Shown: positions 51,235-61,949, counted from the first letter of the stretch. The stretch is 64,000 bases of DNA from Macrostomum lignano (GCA_002269645.1 NIVC01001601.1:62001-126000); one strand, 5' to 3'. Numbers and translations are program-made. The notes: generated from the sequence alone by a model not told the origin.

Positions 51235-53684
51235 CTGAGCTCAAGACCCCAAAACCTACCCCACCAGGTGGCCTTCAGACCCCAGGGAAGATGACAGGTG
51301 CGGTCATAAATCATGCGCAAAACATTATAAAAGCCACTTGTCTAGACACCCTGGCGCCAAAAGTGACAGCAAAACACCATAAATTAAAAGAGAATTGTAA
51401 CAGAGCGAGTGGGGAGAAGGCTGGAAAGGCCTCTTTGACCCAGACAGGCTGGAGCCAAAAGTGACAGCTAGACCGCCATAAATCACTAAAAACAGTGAAA
51501 AAGCCGCAAATCTGGGGTCAGATGGGGTTAAAACCATCACTCCCAGACTTAGTGTCGCCCGTCTACTGCTAGAGGTCAATCCGTCTCAAACCCAGACAGT
51601 CTGACCTTCAAAGATGCGTAACAATCCAAAATTAGAATCCTAAGAGAAGTACATTGAGTATTTATCATAATTAAATAGTGATGGCATAAATTAGTGTAGA
51701 ACTTAGCCTGGATGAGAGAATGGAGAGAGGTTCCTAAGCTAGCCTAACTGACAGTATTCCCCTATAGGGGAAAAAGCGCATCGCGAAATGTGCGGTTTTA
51801 AGATTGCAAAAAGATGCGTCCTCATCACTCCGCTGCACGCCCGGTACGTCAGGGACACGTAACAAGCTGAGTTCTTTTCCCCACCTCAGCTGTGAGGAGG
51901 ATAGCGCTGCAGTCAAGAGCGACCGTTCCTCCCTGAGCGACAGTTGTGGTGGTGTAAGCTCCACTGCAAAACAAGAGCTGTGAATTGATAAACATTCAGC
52001 AAATATATGATAACGAAGTCGCATTCCAAGCTTAATAGCTACACACCAATTATTAAGTTCACAAGTACCTAGCTAAATTCGTGACCATTGAGGCACACAG
52101 CTGTTACCAAATAGCTATACCATGGTTTAATGAGCTGAACTCAATAGACTAGAAGTCCTTAGCTGAAATATTTTGGGGCAAAACTTTTGAACCATAATCT
52201 ATAAGATTTTACTACGGTCGCATTTGGGGCCTAAGTTTAAAATTTTGATTTAAAAGTTTTAAAATATAGCGACATGGAAAGATGCCAACATTTTGCAACG
52301 GATTGATAACGAGAAAACGTATTAAAATAAATATGCTAAGCACTAATTCTCTACACATTTTATAAAGGTTTTGTAAGTCTTAAGGACCTTATAAAATTAT
52401 TATAAAATCCACTCTAAGACATAATTAAACGACCTTAAAATATCTTGAGTCATTGAAATCTCATCCGCATAATTTAGATTTTAGTACCACGTAGTTACAA
52501 ATACAAGTTGTGTGTGCGTCTGTGTGTGATGTGCTATGAAGGTTAGCTTATTCACTGAGTAAGACTAGCATGCATGCATTATAGAAGTAGTAGTTATAAT
52601 ATATATATGGCAAACTCAAAAGCAAATGCTTTTATGTCTCGAGCTGTCTTTCAATCATCAGTAACAGCCAAGCAAACAACCATCACTCTCAGTATGTTAT
52701 GACGTCTCTAAACTTAGAGAATTCATGCAGAGAGGTTTCGGTTTGCAGGCCGTCCCACCAAGTCCCAAGGCCCAAGAAAAGACTAGGCGGCTAGGCCTAG
52801 GCCCCATTTAAGCCGAAAATAAATAAAAACTTGTAAGTTAAGTGCAATGTTTCAAAAATGTTTGAACCATGGTTGACAAAATGACAATGATATAGGACAC
52901 CCATGTAGTAACGAGTGCTGGCTACAATTGCCTTCATTTACTGAATGGCTGCTAGTTTAACTAGTTTTTAACTGCATCTAAAGCTTTGATTTGTTGCCGG
53001 CACTCGTTACTGCACCAATCCTATGCACTCCTGACCCCTGCCTAACAATGATTCAATATTTTTATTTGAGATATATTTCTTCATACATTTTAAGTTTAAC
53101 ATGAATTCTAACACATTGGTCTTGAATCTATATAACTTTGTCTTTATTTTATGCAATATATAGCTTTAAGTATCATAATATATAATAATAATGTCATCTT
53201 TAAATCAATTAGGCCCTAAGTCTCTTAGAAAAATGCAATTAGATGAGCAATTTTTTAAAAACTCTTTTAGACCTGTCTTTAGTTATATTGATTGCAATAT
53301 TAGGCTCTATCAAGAAAGTATTGTTTATTTATAAGTGATTTTTTGTTTTTATTAGATATAGGGTGCCTATATAATTTTGTGAACTTTATCTATTATTCAT
53401 AATTATTTTTAATTTAGGCTGTCGTATATAGGGGCCTATATTTATAATATTTTATAAACCTACAATCAAAATAAGATCTTGTTAGTTATTACTTGCACAT
53501 TGTCTTTGGCCAAGTTCATAAGAAAAATATCCATTTAAAATATTTTAAACAGATGTTGCTATTATTGTTCTTCTGGTCTCTCATTTCTATGGCTCTGGGT
53601 CTACTTCAAATATCAATGTGAAAGCCAAATAACTGAGGCGGCAGATTCAACTGATTTTTCGGTTTTTCGATTTTTAGCGGTTTC

Positions 53685-54002
53685 TGATACTCCCAATTGG
53701 GGTTCTTATATTCTAAGAAATGATTAAGTCTTTAAGCGATTTCAATATTTAGAACAAACTAAATTTGCTTATCAAAAACCGAAAGGCAGCAAACGGTTGC
53801 TTCCTCAAGTCTGCTCAGCGTGTCTATTTATACCCAAAATTTGTTATAGTTTAAACAAAATAATAATTGCAGAAATATTTTTGCAAACCACAACATTCAA
53901 ACAAATATTTCGCGCAGATTTGAATAAAGGTTTTTCTAAGAAAGGCAAACATAAAACGAGTAAAATTTAAAAGTATTAGAGCTATTATTAATGCCTGTCT
54001 CA
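53685..54002 (-). repeat. 3' LTR (318 bp)
   Basis: Differs from 61950-62267 at 4 positions. Minus-strand ends TGAGAC...GTATCA form a 5/6 terminal inverted repeat. Confidence 0.88.
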
Positions 54003-54014
54003 GCTGCCTTCCCT
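54003..54014 (-). other. Polypurine tract
   Basis: AGGGAAGGCAGC immediately precedes the 3' LTR on the minus strand. Confidence 0.6.
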
Positions 54015-54447
54015 AAACGCAAATTTTGAACAATAAAATTTACAAAAATGTTTGCGTGAAAAATTTGCTAAGTAGTATTACTAGTATTATAAGGCAAAGA
54101 TTTGTGAAGAAATTCAAAAGAACGATAAGTACATATTTATGAAAAGGCAGTAAAAAGGCAATGGCATAACAAAACTATTTAGTAGTCGCTAATAATAAGG
54201 AAGAGTTAGTAGTGTGAAACAAAGCAAGTGTAGCAACAGAGAACTAAAATACAATTTAAGCAAAAAAGGCAATACAGGTAACGAAAAATATAAAAAAAAT
54301 GTAAGCTAGTAATAATTTCCTATAAGCATAATTGAAAGAAGAATTTAGCTACTAAATGCTACAAATACTACTAAGCTAGTAATAAAGCAAAAACAAAAAC
54401 AATATCAGTACTTTTGCAAATGTTCGATTCAGAGTAACCCTTGTCAT

Positions 54448-55437
54448 TTAGAAGTAGCAATTTCGCGGGAGGTCTCTGTACTCGAGCCATCCGAGCTGGG
54501 TGAAAACCCATCTCACCTCAATGTTGACAAGCTGTCTCTGAATTGGCTGTCGGCTGGCATCCAGATCGTCTCGAAATCGGTCGATGGCGTATCGCAGCAG
54601 AGCGATGGCTTCCTCTCGCGAAAGTCGGGTTCTCAGCTGCCTCAGGCTTGGCCACAGGTAAGCCCGCTGTGGCAACGCCTGGTCGAGGCGCAGGTGGGCT
54701 ATCCTTTCCAGATAAACCCTGATGCCGTGCACAACTCGTTCGAGCGTAACGCCGTGCATGTCGATAAGGGCTAGCGCCGTTTCATGGTACTCTCGCCTTG
54801 GCTGTAGCGGCGGATTAGGCACAGGCTGCAGTGGCTGCCTGGGTGTTGCTGGCTGATGTGGCGGAGGCGGCTGCTGCTGCTGTGGCGGCCGACTCGGCGG
54901 CTGCGGCTGGTTCGACGGCTGCGGCAGACGTCTTGGCGACGAATGGCGCGGCGGCTGTGGTGGACGTCTCGGCTGACGTCTCATTGCTGACTGCTGTGGA
55001 GGCGCGGCCAGCTGAAGGGTGCGCCGCTCTTCTCCGGCGCATGGTCTTACGACCAAAGACTTGATTGGCGCTTTTGCTTGAGCATCCAGAAGAGCGGCCC
55101 TCTTGGCTGGAATTGATGATTGTTCAGCGGCTGGCGGTCGCTTGCCTGTTCCTGACAGGGCTCTTGGTCTCGTCGGAGCTCGCAATGGCGCCTCCTCAAT
55201 GTCAGGCGCCGATCGGCTGGTTGATGGCGCGAACGTCGCTGCAGGCTGATTTGCTGATGAAGCTGGCGGCCGAGCTGACGGTACTGGCGACTCAGCTGGC
55301 GGCTCGGCTGGCTGCTCAGCTGGCTGCTCAGCCGGCTGGTCTGGAGGTCGAACTGGCGGCGCTGGAGGCTGCGCTGGAGGCTCAGCTGGCTGGTCTGCTG
55401 CGGCGGCGACGGCTAATTCCTCCATGGAGTCGTCCAC
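54448..55437 (-). CDS. Extra ORF3 of the Gypsy element, function unknown, not env-like
   Basis: 329 open codons in gag/pol sense between pol and the PPT. Pro/Ala/Gln-rich N-terminal part and a ~115-aa complex C-terminal part. No signal peptide or TM segment. The first in-frame ATG is at 55425. Confidence 0.65.
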   Translation of the reverse strand: MDDSMEELAVAAAADQPAEPPAQPPAPPVRPPDQPAEQPAEQPAEPPAESPVPSARPPASSANQPAATFAPSTSRSAPDIEEAPLRAPTRPRALSGTGKRPPAAEQSSIPAKRAALLDAQAKAPIKSLVVRPCAGEERRTLQLAAPPQQSAMRRQPRRPPQPPRHSSPRRLPQPSNQPQPPSRPPQQQQPPPPHQPATPRQPLQPVPNPPLQPRREYHETALALIDMHGVTLERVVHGIRVYLERIAHLRLDQALPQRAYLWPSLRQLRTRLSREEAIALLRYAIDRFRDDLDASRQPIQRQLVNIEVRWVFTQLGWLEYRDLPRNCYF

Positions 55438-55861
55438 AAATCTTTTAAGAAATTATCTAAGTCGTCGTCCATTCTAGCTCGCAATATATATTCTTGCGGT
55501 ATTAACTCAAGATTGACTTGGAGAGGTGTGATCGACGGGTCTATGGAGCTGCAGGGAGTTCAATTGTATATCTGAAAAACTGGACCGCATCTTCGTGTTC
55601 GCACGAGAGGGGGTTTAGCAAATTTCTAACGAGCTCGCTCATTGGCTCACACCGTTACTAAGCGTTGCTAGGATTTTTATGCGGAACGAGTTTCGAACAA
55701 TACCTGCACAATTCTGTATACTCTACTGTTAGTAATGCGCATAACATTTTTACTGTATATGCAAATTTAATATTTTTGTATTTTTATAGATTTTATGATT
55801 TTTACTTTTTATGAGTTTTATATTGAGTCTATTTACACATTTTTACATGGATTCGGCCTCA

Positions 55862-58800
55862 TTACTTTCGGTAATGAGAATATCGCCTCCGGGGAACAAA
55901 GCCTGTTGCGACTGAGTTCTCTCGGGGTCTCAAATTATATTGATGTCTTTGTTCGGCTCTTTCATTCTCACCTATCTCTAATGCGTCATCTTCCTCAGCT
56001 AACTCAGTTCTTTCACTGTCTGTTGACTCATCTTCTATCTCATTCTGCTCAATTTCCTCTTGCTCAACTTCTTCCTCAATTGGCTCGATCTCTCTTGCTC
56101 TCCACTGAATTCTTTCGTCTTCCGAACTGTCAGTTTCTATTATTGGCTCTAAATGATTTTTCTTACTAATCTGTTGCCTTCCCTTATTTTTCGGCTCTCT
56201 CTTTTTCTGTTGTTCTCTCTGCCTTCCCCTATTTGTAGGTTCCGTCTCTTTATTTGGTTCATTCGGCAAATCTATTTGCGAGTTGGGTACTGGAGTGAGG
56301 TTGTTTCGATGTACGAGCATCTTCTCGCCAATCCTTACTCCGTCTATTTCTCGCTGTACTCGAAATACTGTTTCGGAAAGTCTCGCAAGGACTCTGAATG
56401 CTGCTCTTTTCTTGCGGTGAAATTTATGGCTTTCTTCACTGTGTAATTGCGGATTGTTAATCAATGCGAGGCATCCAACCGGTACATGCTTCGGTGGCTT
56501 GTTCTCAGCATTGTCCTCCTCTCTACGGTCCTTTACCTTCTCTAGCTTCTTCTGCACGAGTTTCTGTGCTTCTTCGAGCCTTTCAGCATGGTTTAGCACA
56601 TAGCTCGGATAATCGTGATACTGCTTTGGCCTTCGAATAATACTGTCTATCCTAAGATCTGCCTCCCTACCAAATAGCAGGTAGTGCGGCGTGAATCCGG
56701 TGGTCTGGTTCACACTAGTGCGCACAGCTACCAGAGCTGCGGGAATTAGCAAATCCCAGTCGGAATGATCTTTCTCTACTAGACAAGTTACTATTGACTT
56801 TATTTGTTTATTGAATCTTTCGACTAGTCCGTTACTTTGTGCGTGATACGGTGTGGTGCATGTATGCTTGATGCCATACATCCTACAAAATGCTTGGAAC
56901 TGACGGCTGACGAATGTCTTGCCATTGTCAGTGTGGATCCACTGGCATTGTCCGTATTCGCTAAAGATTCTTTCTTGTATGATCTTAATCACTATATCCG
57001 ATTTCTGATTTCGCACTGGGAACGCAAATGGGAACCGAGTAGTGCTATCTACTACTGTTAGTACGTAGCGATGACCTCTTCGACTCTCTTTTGAGATCGG
57101 CCCAATCAGGTCAATATGGATCCTATGAAACGGTTCGCATATTGGAAAGGACTGCACTGGCGCCTTCACCTTATTTCCTGCCTTACTCTCTAAACAAGGA
57201 ATACATTCCGAAATATACTTCTCTACTGCAGTTGCTAGTCCTGGTCGCCAAAATCGATCGCGCACACGTTGCAGTGTTTTATCACGACCTAGGTGACCTG
57301 AGAGAGGACTGTCATGCAACTCTCGGAATACTTTTTTCTCAATGTTCTCTGGCAACACGACCTTCTGTGTCCCGTCTTCGTCTATGGTCAATAACTCGTC
57401 TTCTAGCTTCATCTGCTTATAGAACTTTAACATCTGCTTCAACTCTCTAGTTGCATCCTTTGGTAATTTCGGTTCTCGGATACTCTGCTCCTTCCAGGCT
57501 ATCAGCGTCCTCATAGAAGGGTCGTCACGCTGAGCTGATGTCAGCTGCTCCTTCTTAAGCGGGACGAAGAGATAGTCGGTTAGGAGTTTCCGACAAGCGG
57601 TCTCACTAACGTTTTCTTCCGCATCCTCATACACTTCTTCATCATCAGCGAAGTAATCGCTGGCGTCCTCATACTCTTCTTCTTCATCTTCGAAATATTC
57701 TCTTGCATCTTCGTACTCTTCATCGTCTTCTACTTCTTCTCTAATTGGATCAGTCTGACAGCTCTGGTGCTTACAGCTTGAGATATTGGTCTGACTTCGG
57801 TTTACCGTAACGGTAGGAAGTACTGGACCTATCTCAGCTTTAGTGCACTTTTCTGCCTTAGTCTCCTGATTATCTTTTAATCTTTCTGCGGGTCGTCTGG
57901 ATAGTCCGTCTGCATTGGTGTGTTTAGCACCGCTGCGGTGTTCAATGTCATACTGAAACTCACTTAATCTCTCAATCCATCTACCGAGGATTCCCTGCGC
58001 TTCAGTCTGGCGAAGTAGCCATAGGATAGCGCGATGATCTGTTCTTGCCAGGAATCTCTTTCCGATGAGATAGAATCGGAAGTGTTTCATTCCGTCAACT
58101 AATGCTAGCAATTCTTTTCTTGTGATTGGATACCTCTTTTCTGATTCCTTCATGGCTCTGCTAAAGTACGCGATGGGCCTTTCAACTCCATCGGATTGTA
58201 TCTGACCTAAGCAGGCCCCAATCCTGTCATCACTCGCGTCGGTGTCAAGCACCATTCGAACTTCTTCATTGTCAGTGAACTCTGGGTATGCTAAAACTTC
58301 TGTTGATGTCATCTTCTGCTTTAGTAGCGCAAAGGCTTCATCATGACTCTTAGTCCATTTCTCCCTAAAATTCTGAATTCCCTTCTTAGTTAGCTGGAAG
58401 AGCGGGTGCGCTGCTTCCGCGTAATTCTTCACGAACCTACAGTAATAGTTACATAGACCTAGGAAGCTTCTTAATTCTTTAACGTCCTTAGGCGTCGGCC
58501 ATGACTGAATTGCTTCTATCTTAGCTGGATCTGTCTTAATTCCTTCTCTACCAACTATGTGTCCTAGATATTTAAGCTCTTTTTGAAATAGATTACATTT
58601 CTTCGGCCTTAATTTTAATCCGGCTGTTACTAGTCTCTGGAACACTTCTCGTAGGTGATCCAGGTGATCCTCAAATTTCGTTGAGTAAGTTACTATGTCG
58701 TCAATGTACGACATGGCGAATTTATGTTGAATCCCCATCAATACTAGGTTCATTAGTCTCTGGAATGTTCCAGGTGCATTAGATAGTCCCTGCGCCATGA

Positions 58801-60409
58801 CCTGATACTCGAACTGTCCCATAGTCAAAGTCGAAAATGCTGTCATGAATTTATCCTCTTCCTTAATTGGTACCTGCCAATAACCTGAATTTAAGTCTAA
58901 ACTACTGAAATATTGACTTCCCGTTAGATGAGAGAAAGTTTCCTGAATATTCGGCAACGGATACGGATAGTAGTTAACTCGAGAGTTCAAGACTCTGAAA
59001 TCGCTGACAATCCTAATAGTTCCATCTTTCTTAGGCACTATTACTAATGGCGTCGAATAAGTGCTATAGCACGGCCTTATTAAATTTTTAGCGAGCATAT
59101 CGTCTAACTGTTCGTCTACTTGCTTCTGCAGATGTGGTGGTATTCTGCGAGTAGGTATTCTGACTGGCGTCGTATCCTTCAGCGAGATTTCGTGGGTCAC
59201 TAGATGAGTGAGGCCCATCTCCTGGCTTGTCTGCGAGAATGCTTCCCTATTCTCTTTCAGCAGCTCTACTACCTTTTCTTTCTGCTCTGATGATAGCTCA
59301 TCTGAGATGTTAATCTCCTGAATCCATTCATCAGTACGAGTATCAGCAGTTTCAGCGCATTTCGCGGATTTAACTTGTCCGGTGTCATTCTTGGTAACGA
59401 AGTACGTTAGTTCTTCGGCTTTTAATGGCTTGGCAATGCCTACCATTGCTGATTTCCTAATCACTACGTCGTTATTCTGCCTATTGATCACTTCTACCAC
59501 ACCAGTTCCATTACTCATCGTTAATAAGGTTGGAACCATATCCAGTGTGTCATCTTTTACTGAGATATGTCCTTTGGTGGTCTCAATCATCATTGGCGTA
59601 CCGAAGTTCATTTCAGCTCGTTTAGCTAGTTTGACTGGTATTCTTAAAGCACTATTAGCTGGCACAACTACCTTGTCGTGACAGTAGACTCGGCACACTC
59701 GTACCGGCAATTTAGTAAACTGCATCGGAATGCAAACTCCGGTTTTTAAAATCATCATTCCTTTGTCAAAACTCATACTCTCGCAAAAGTTCATAAAGAA
59801 ATCCATTCCTAGGATATCATCACACTCATGGTTGCACAGCAGGAAGTCGGTCACAATTTCTACTTCTCCGAACATTATCTTTATTGTCACTTCTCCTTCG
59901 ATTCGCACAATCGATCCATCGAATGTGGTCACTCTTTGATCAGATGGCCTGATCTCTTGTTCTCTACATACTCTTCTCCAAGTACTTTTACTTAGAAAGT
60001 TACGACCGGCTCCTGTGTCTAACAGAAAGCGAATATTCTGCTTGCGGATCTTTCCGTCAATGACTGCTTCTCGGCCTTTCTTCTCTGTGCCGGCATCTAA
60101 ACTTGTCTCTTCTTCTGCACTTTCATTCAGCTTGACGTACTCTTCTGGCTTCGGAGTACTTTTCTTGGGTAAGCAATCAGGTGCACGCGTAGTATTTACA
60201 TTCGGTACTGTATGTGCATTCGCATGTTTTTTGTTGGGTTTTCTAAACTTATTATAATTTTCGCATGATTTGTACTTGTACTGCTTATTAACTTTGTACG
60301 CATTATTAACTTTGTACGCATTATTTACAAATTCAGAGGCCTGAATTTTGCTCTGGATTTCGCTAGAGGGACGTGGCCTCGTTATTCGGCCCTCGCTTCT
60401 CAGTTTCCC
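55862..60409 (-). CDS. pol: Gypsy Pol (protease, RT, RNase H, integrase), reached by -1 frameshift
   Basis: The frame is open without stops from 60409 (translated by hand), extending the track ORF. LLDTGA (PR), LDLNSGYWQ and YIDDIV (RT), LDTDASD...ELLAL...TDH (RH), HDSPLSGH...CIPC (zinc finger), HIDLIGP/TDNG/ERFN (DDE). Confidence 0.96.
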   Translation of the reverse strand, partial: GKLRSEGRITRPRPSSEIQSKIQASEFVNNAYKVNNAYKVNKQYKYKSCENYNKFRKPNKKHANAHTVPNVNTTRAPDCLPKKSTPKPEEYVKLNESAEEETSLDAGTEKKGREAVIDGKIRKQNIRFLLDTGAGRNFLSKSTWRRVCREQEIRPSDQRVTTFDGSIVRIEGEVTIKIMFGEVEIVTDFLLCNHECDDILGMDFFMNFCESMSFDKGMMILKTGVCIPMQFTKLPVRVCRVYCHDKVVVPANSALRIPVKLAKRAEMNFGTPMMIETTKGHISVKDDTLDMVPTLLTMSNGTGVVEVINRQNNDVVIRKSAMVGIAKPLKAEELTYFVTKNDTGQVKSAKCAETADTRTDEWIQEINISDELSSEQKEKVVELLKENREAFSQTSQEMGLTHLVTHEISLKDTTPVRIPTRRIPPHLQKQVDEQLDDMLAKNLIRPCYSTYSTPLVIVPKKDGTIRIVSDFRVLNSRVNYYPYPLPNIQETFSHLTGSQYFSSLDLNSGYWQVPIKEEDKFMTAFSTLTMGQFEYQVMAQGLSNAPGTFQRLMNLVLMGIQHKFAMSYIDDIVTYSTKFEDHLDHLREVFQRLVTAGLKLRPKKCNLFQKELKYLGHIVGREGIKTDPAKIEAIQSWPTPKDVKELRSFLGLCNYYCRFVKNYAEAAHPLFQLTKKGIQNFREKWTKSHDEAFALLKQKMTSTEVLAYPEFTDNEEVRMVLDTDASDDRIGACLGQIQSDGVERPIAYFSRAMKESEKRYPITRKELLALVDGMKHFRFYLIGKRFLARTDHRAILWLLRQTEAQGILGRWIERLSEFQYDIEHRSGAKHTNADGLSRRPAERLKDNQETKAEKCTKAEIGPVLPTVTVNRSQTNISSCKHQSCQTDPIREEVEDDEEYEDAREYFEDEEEEYEDASDYFADDEEVYEDAEENVSETACRKLLTDYLFVPLKKEQLTSAQRDDPSMRTLIAWKEQSIREPKLPKDATRELKQMLKFYKQMKLEDELLTIDEDGTQKVVLPENIEKKVFRELHDSPLSGHLGRDKTLQRVRDRFWRPGLATAVEKYISECIPCLESKAGNKVKAPVQSFPICEPFHRIHIDLIGPISKESRRGHRYVLTVVDSTTRFPFAFPVRNQKSDIVIKIIQERIFSEYGQCQWIHTDNGKTFVSRQFQAFCRMYGIKHTCTTPYHAQSNGLVERFNKQIKSIVTCLVEKDHSDWDLLIPAALVAVRTSVNQTTGFTPHYLLFGREADLRIDSIIRRPKQYHDYPSYVLNHAERLEEAQKLVQKKLEKVKDRREEDNAENKPPKHVPVGCLALINNPQLHSEESHKFHRKKRAAFRVLARLSETVFRVQREIDGVRIGEKMLVHRNNLTPVPNSQIDLPNEPNKETEPTNRGRQREQQKKREPKNKGRQQISKKNHLEPIIETDSSEDERIQWRAREIEPIEEEVEQEEIEQNEIEDESTDSERTELAEEDDALEIGENERAEQRHQYNLRPRENSVATGFVPRRRYSHYRK

Positions 60410-61425
60410 TGGTTATTCGAGCGGTTCTGCATCTGCGGAGCGTTCTGCTTGGCACTCCTGCACTGCTTTGCAATGTGGCCAATCTTCCCGCAGTTATAGC
60501 AAGTCTGCGGCTGTTGTCTCGGCTGACCCTGGTTTGGGTGCTGCTGCCGGGCGAACATTTGCTGTCGCGCCTGCGCTCCATTGCCATACTGTGGCGGAAC
60601 GGGCTGCGGCTGCTGGGGCTGGTATCTCTGTGGATACTGCCTGGCTGCCTGAGCGTACGAATAATTTTGCGAAAACTGCTGCTGATTATTCTGCATCTTC
60701 TCCTCTCTTAGCTCCTGCAAAGCTCTCTTCTGCTGTTCAATCTCGAACTTCTGCTTCCTAATGATCTCTTCCAGTCTTTCTTGTTCAGCCTTCCTCTGCT
60801 GTTCTTGTTCTTCCTCGCTCTTAGCTACTCTCATGCCTGAATTCCTGCGTGACATGTTCCAGGCTGCTTCCATTCTCCTCAGCATTCTTCTGGCTTCCTG
60901 CAGATTAGCTGGCTGAGCGAAGATCAGTTTCTCGCGGGTTTCAGGTGGAACTCTCACACCCTTGATGAACTGTTCCACGATCTCCTCTTCCCGCTGTTCC
61001 ACAGTCATGTTTGGGAAGGCTCGCGAAGCTAGCTCAATTAGACAATCGGTGTACGATTCTACTAACTCATTTCTGCCTTGCATTCGGCCTCTAAATTCTT
61101 CCCTAAACTCTGCTGAACTGCCAATTCTGCCAAAGCGTTCTACAAGTCTTTCTTTAAATTCTTCGTACTCCAGATCATCTGGGAGGTTCAAACGCTGAAC
61201 TGCTGCGAATGCAGTAGCCAGGTCGAGGTTCGCGAGAAGCTCTTGCTTCCGGTTATCCTCTTCGATACCCTCAGCTTCACAGCGCTGGTCGAAGGCAGTC
61301 AACCAGATCCTAATATCTTGACCTGGCGTGAATTTCTGAATTTTCACATGCCTTTGTGGTCCTAACTCTAACCTGTTTCTTAGCTCTTCAGCTAGCATCG
61401 CAATCGCATCATTTGCGTTGGCCAT
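60400..61425 (-). CDS. gag: Gypsy Gag, 341 aa
   Basis: Capsid-like region (FREEFRGRMQGRNELVESY...EQFIKG) and a single CCHC knuckle CYNCGKIGHIAKQC. Confidence 0.93.
   Translation of the reverse strand: MANANDAIAMLAEELRNRLELGPQRHVKIQKFTPGQDIRIWLTAFDQRCEAEGIEEDNRKQELLANLDLATAFAAVQRLNLPDDLEYEEFKERLVERFGRIGSSAEFREEFRGRMQGRNELVESYTDCLIELASRAFPNMTVEQREEEIVEQFIKGVRVPPETREKLIFAQPANLQEARRMLRRMEAAWNMSRRNSGMRVAKSEEEQEQQRKAEQERLEEIIRKQKFEIEQQKRALQELREEKMQNNQQQFSQNYSYAQAARQYPQRYQPQQPQPVPPQYGNGAQARQQMFARQQHPNQGQPRQQPQTCYNCGKIGHIAKQCRSAKQNAPQMQNRSNNQGN
60403..60409 (-). promoter_or_regulatory. -1 ribosomal frameshift slippery site G GGA AAC
   Basis: The heptamer is in correct phase directly before the gag stop, and the pol frame opens only one codon earlier (TAA CCA GGG AAA CTG). 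Confidence 0.85.
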
Positions 61426-61531
61426 CTCTGATCTTGTCAGGTTCTGCTATTTCTCTAGTCTTCTAAGGTTTTTGCCGTTTCTCTGATCTAATTCGCGCCG
61501 TTTCTCTGATCTAATTCTCGCCGTTTCTCTG

Positions 61532-61549
61532 ATCCCACCGCTGCCACCA
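61532..61549 (-). other. Primer-binding site complementary to tRNA-Leu 3' end
   Basis: TGGTGGCAGCGGTGGGAT is the 18-nt complement of ...ATCCCACCGCTGCCACCA, the 3' end of eukaryotic tRNA-Leu(AAG/TAG) as I recall it. Confidence 0.85.
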
Positions 61550-61949
61550 AAAGCTGTCGTAGGGCTCTTATTTAATCCTTTGTCTAGCCTTACTTGCTGC
61601 CACCAAAGTTGTTACAAAGCTATTTCTTCTTAACAATTCTACTGGTTGTTAATTGTAATTCTACTGGTAGCGCATGTACTTCTATTGGTAGCGTATGTAC
61701 TTCTATTGATAGCGTATGTACTTCTATTGTACTTTCTGGCCTGAGCGGTCTAATAGCACTGTCTATTCTATTCCTATGCTTCCCCTAATATTATTCTCTC
61801 AGTCCTGGGCGTTCCCTGGATCAGAGGGTCACAGCTTATGCTCTTTCTCTGCCCTGAGGCGATCTTCTCTCGTTATGAGGCGGTTCTCCTGCCCTGAGGC
61901 GAATTTACAATTTACTGCCCTGAGGCGGTTTCTCGCTTGTAGCGGTTTC

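Noticed and set aside
54448-55437. Calling ORF3 an envelope gene
   Set aside because: No signal peptide, furin site, cysteine pattern or transmembrane helix is visible.
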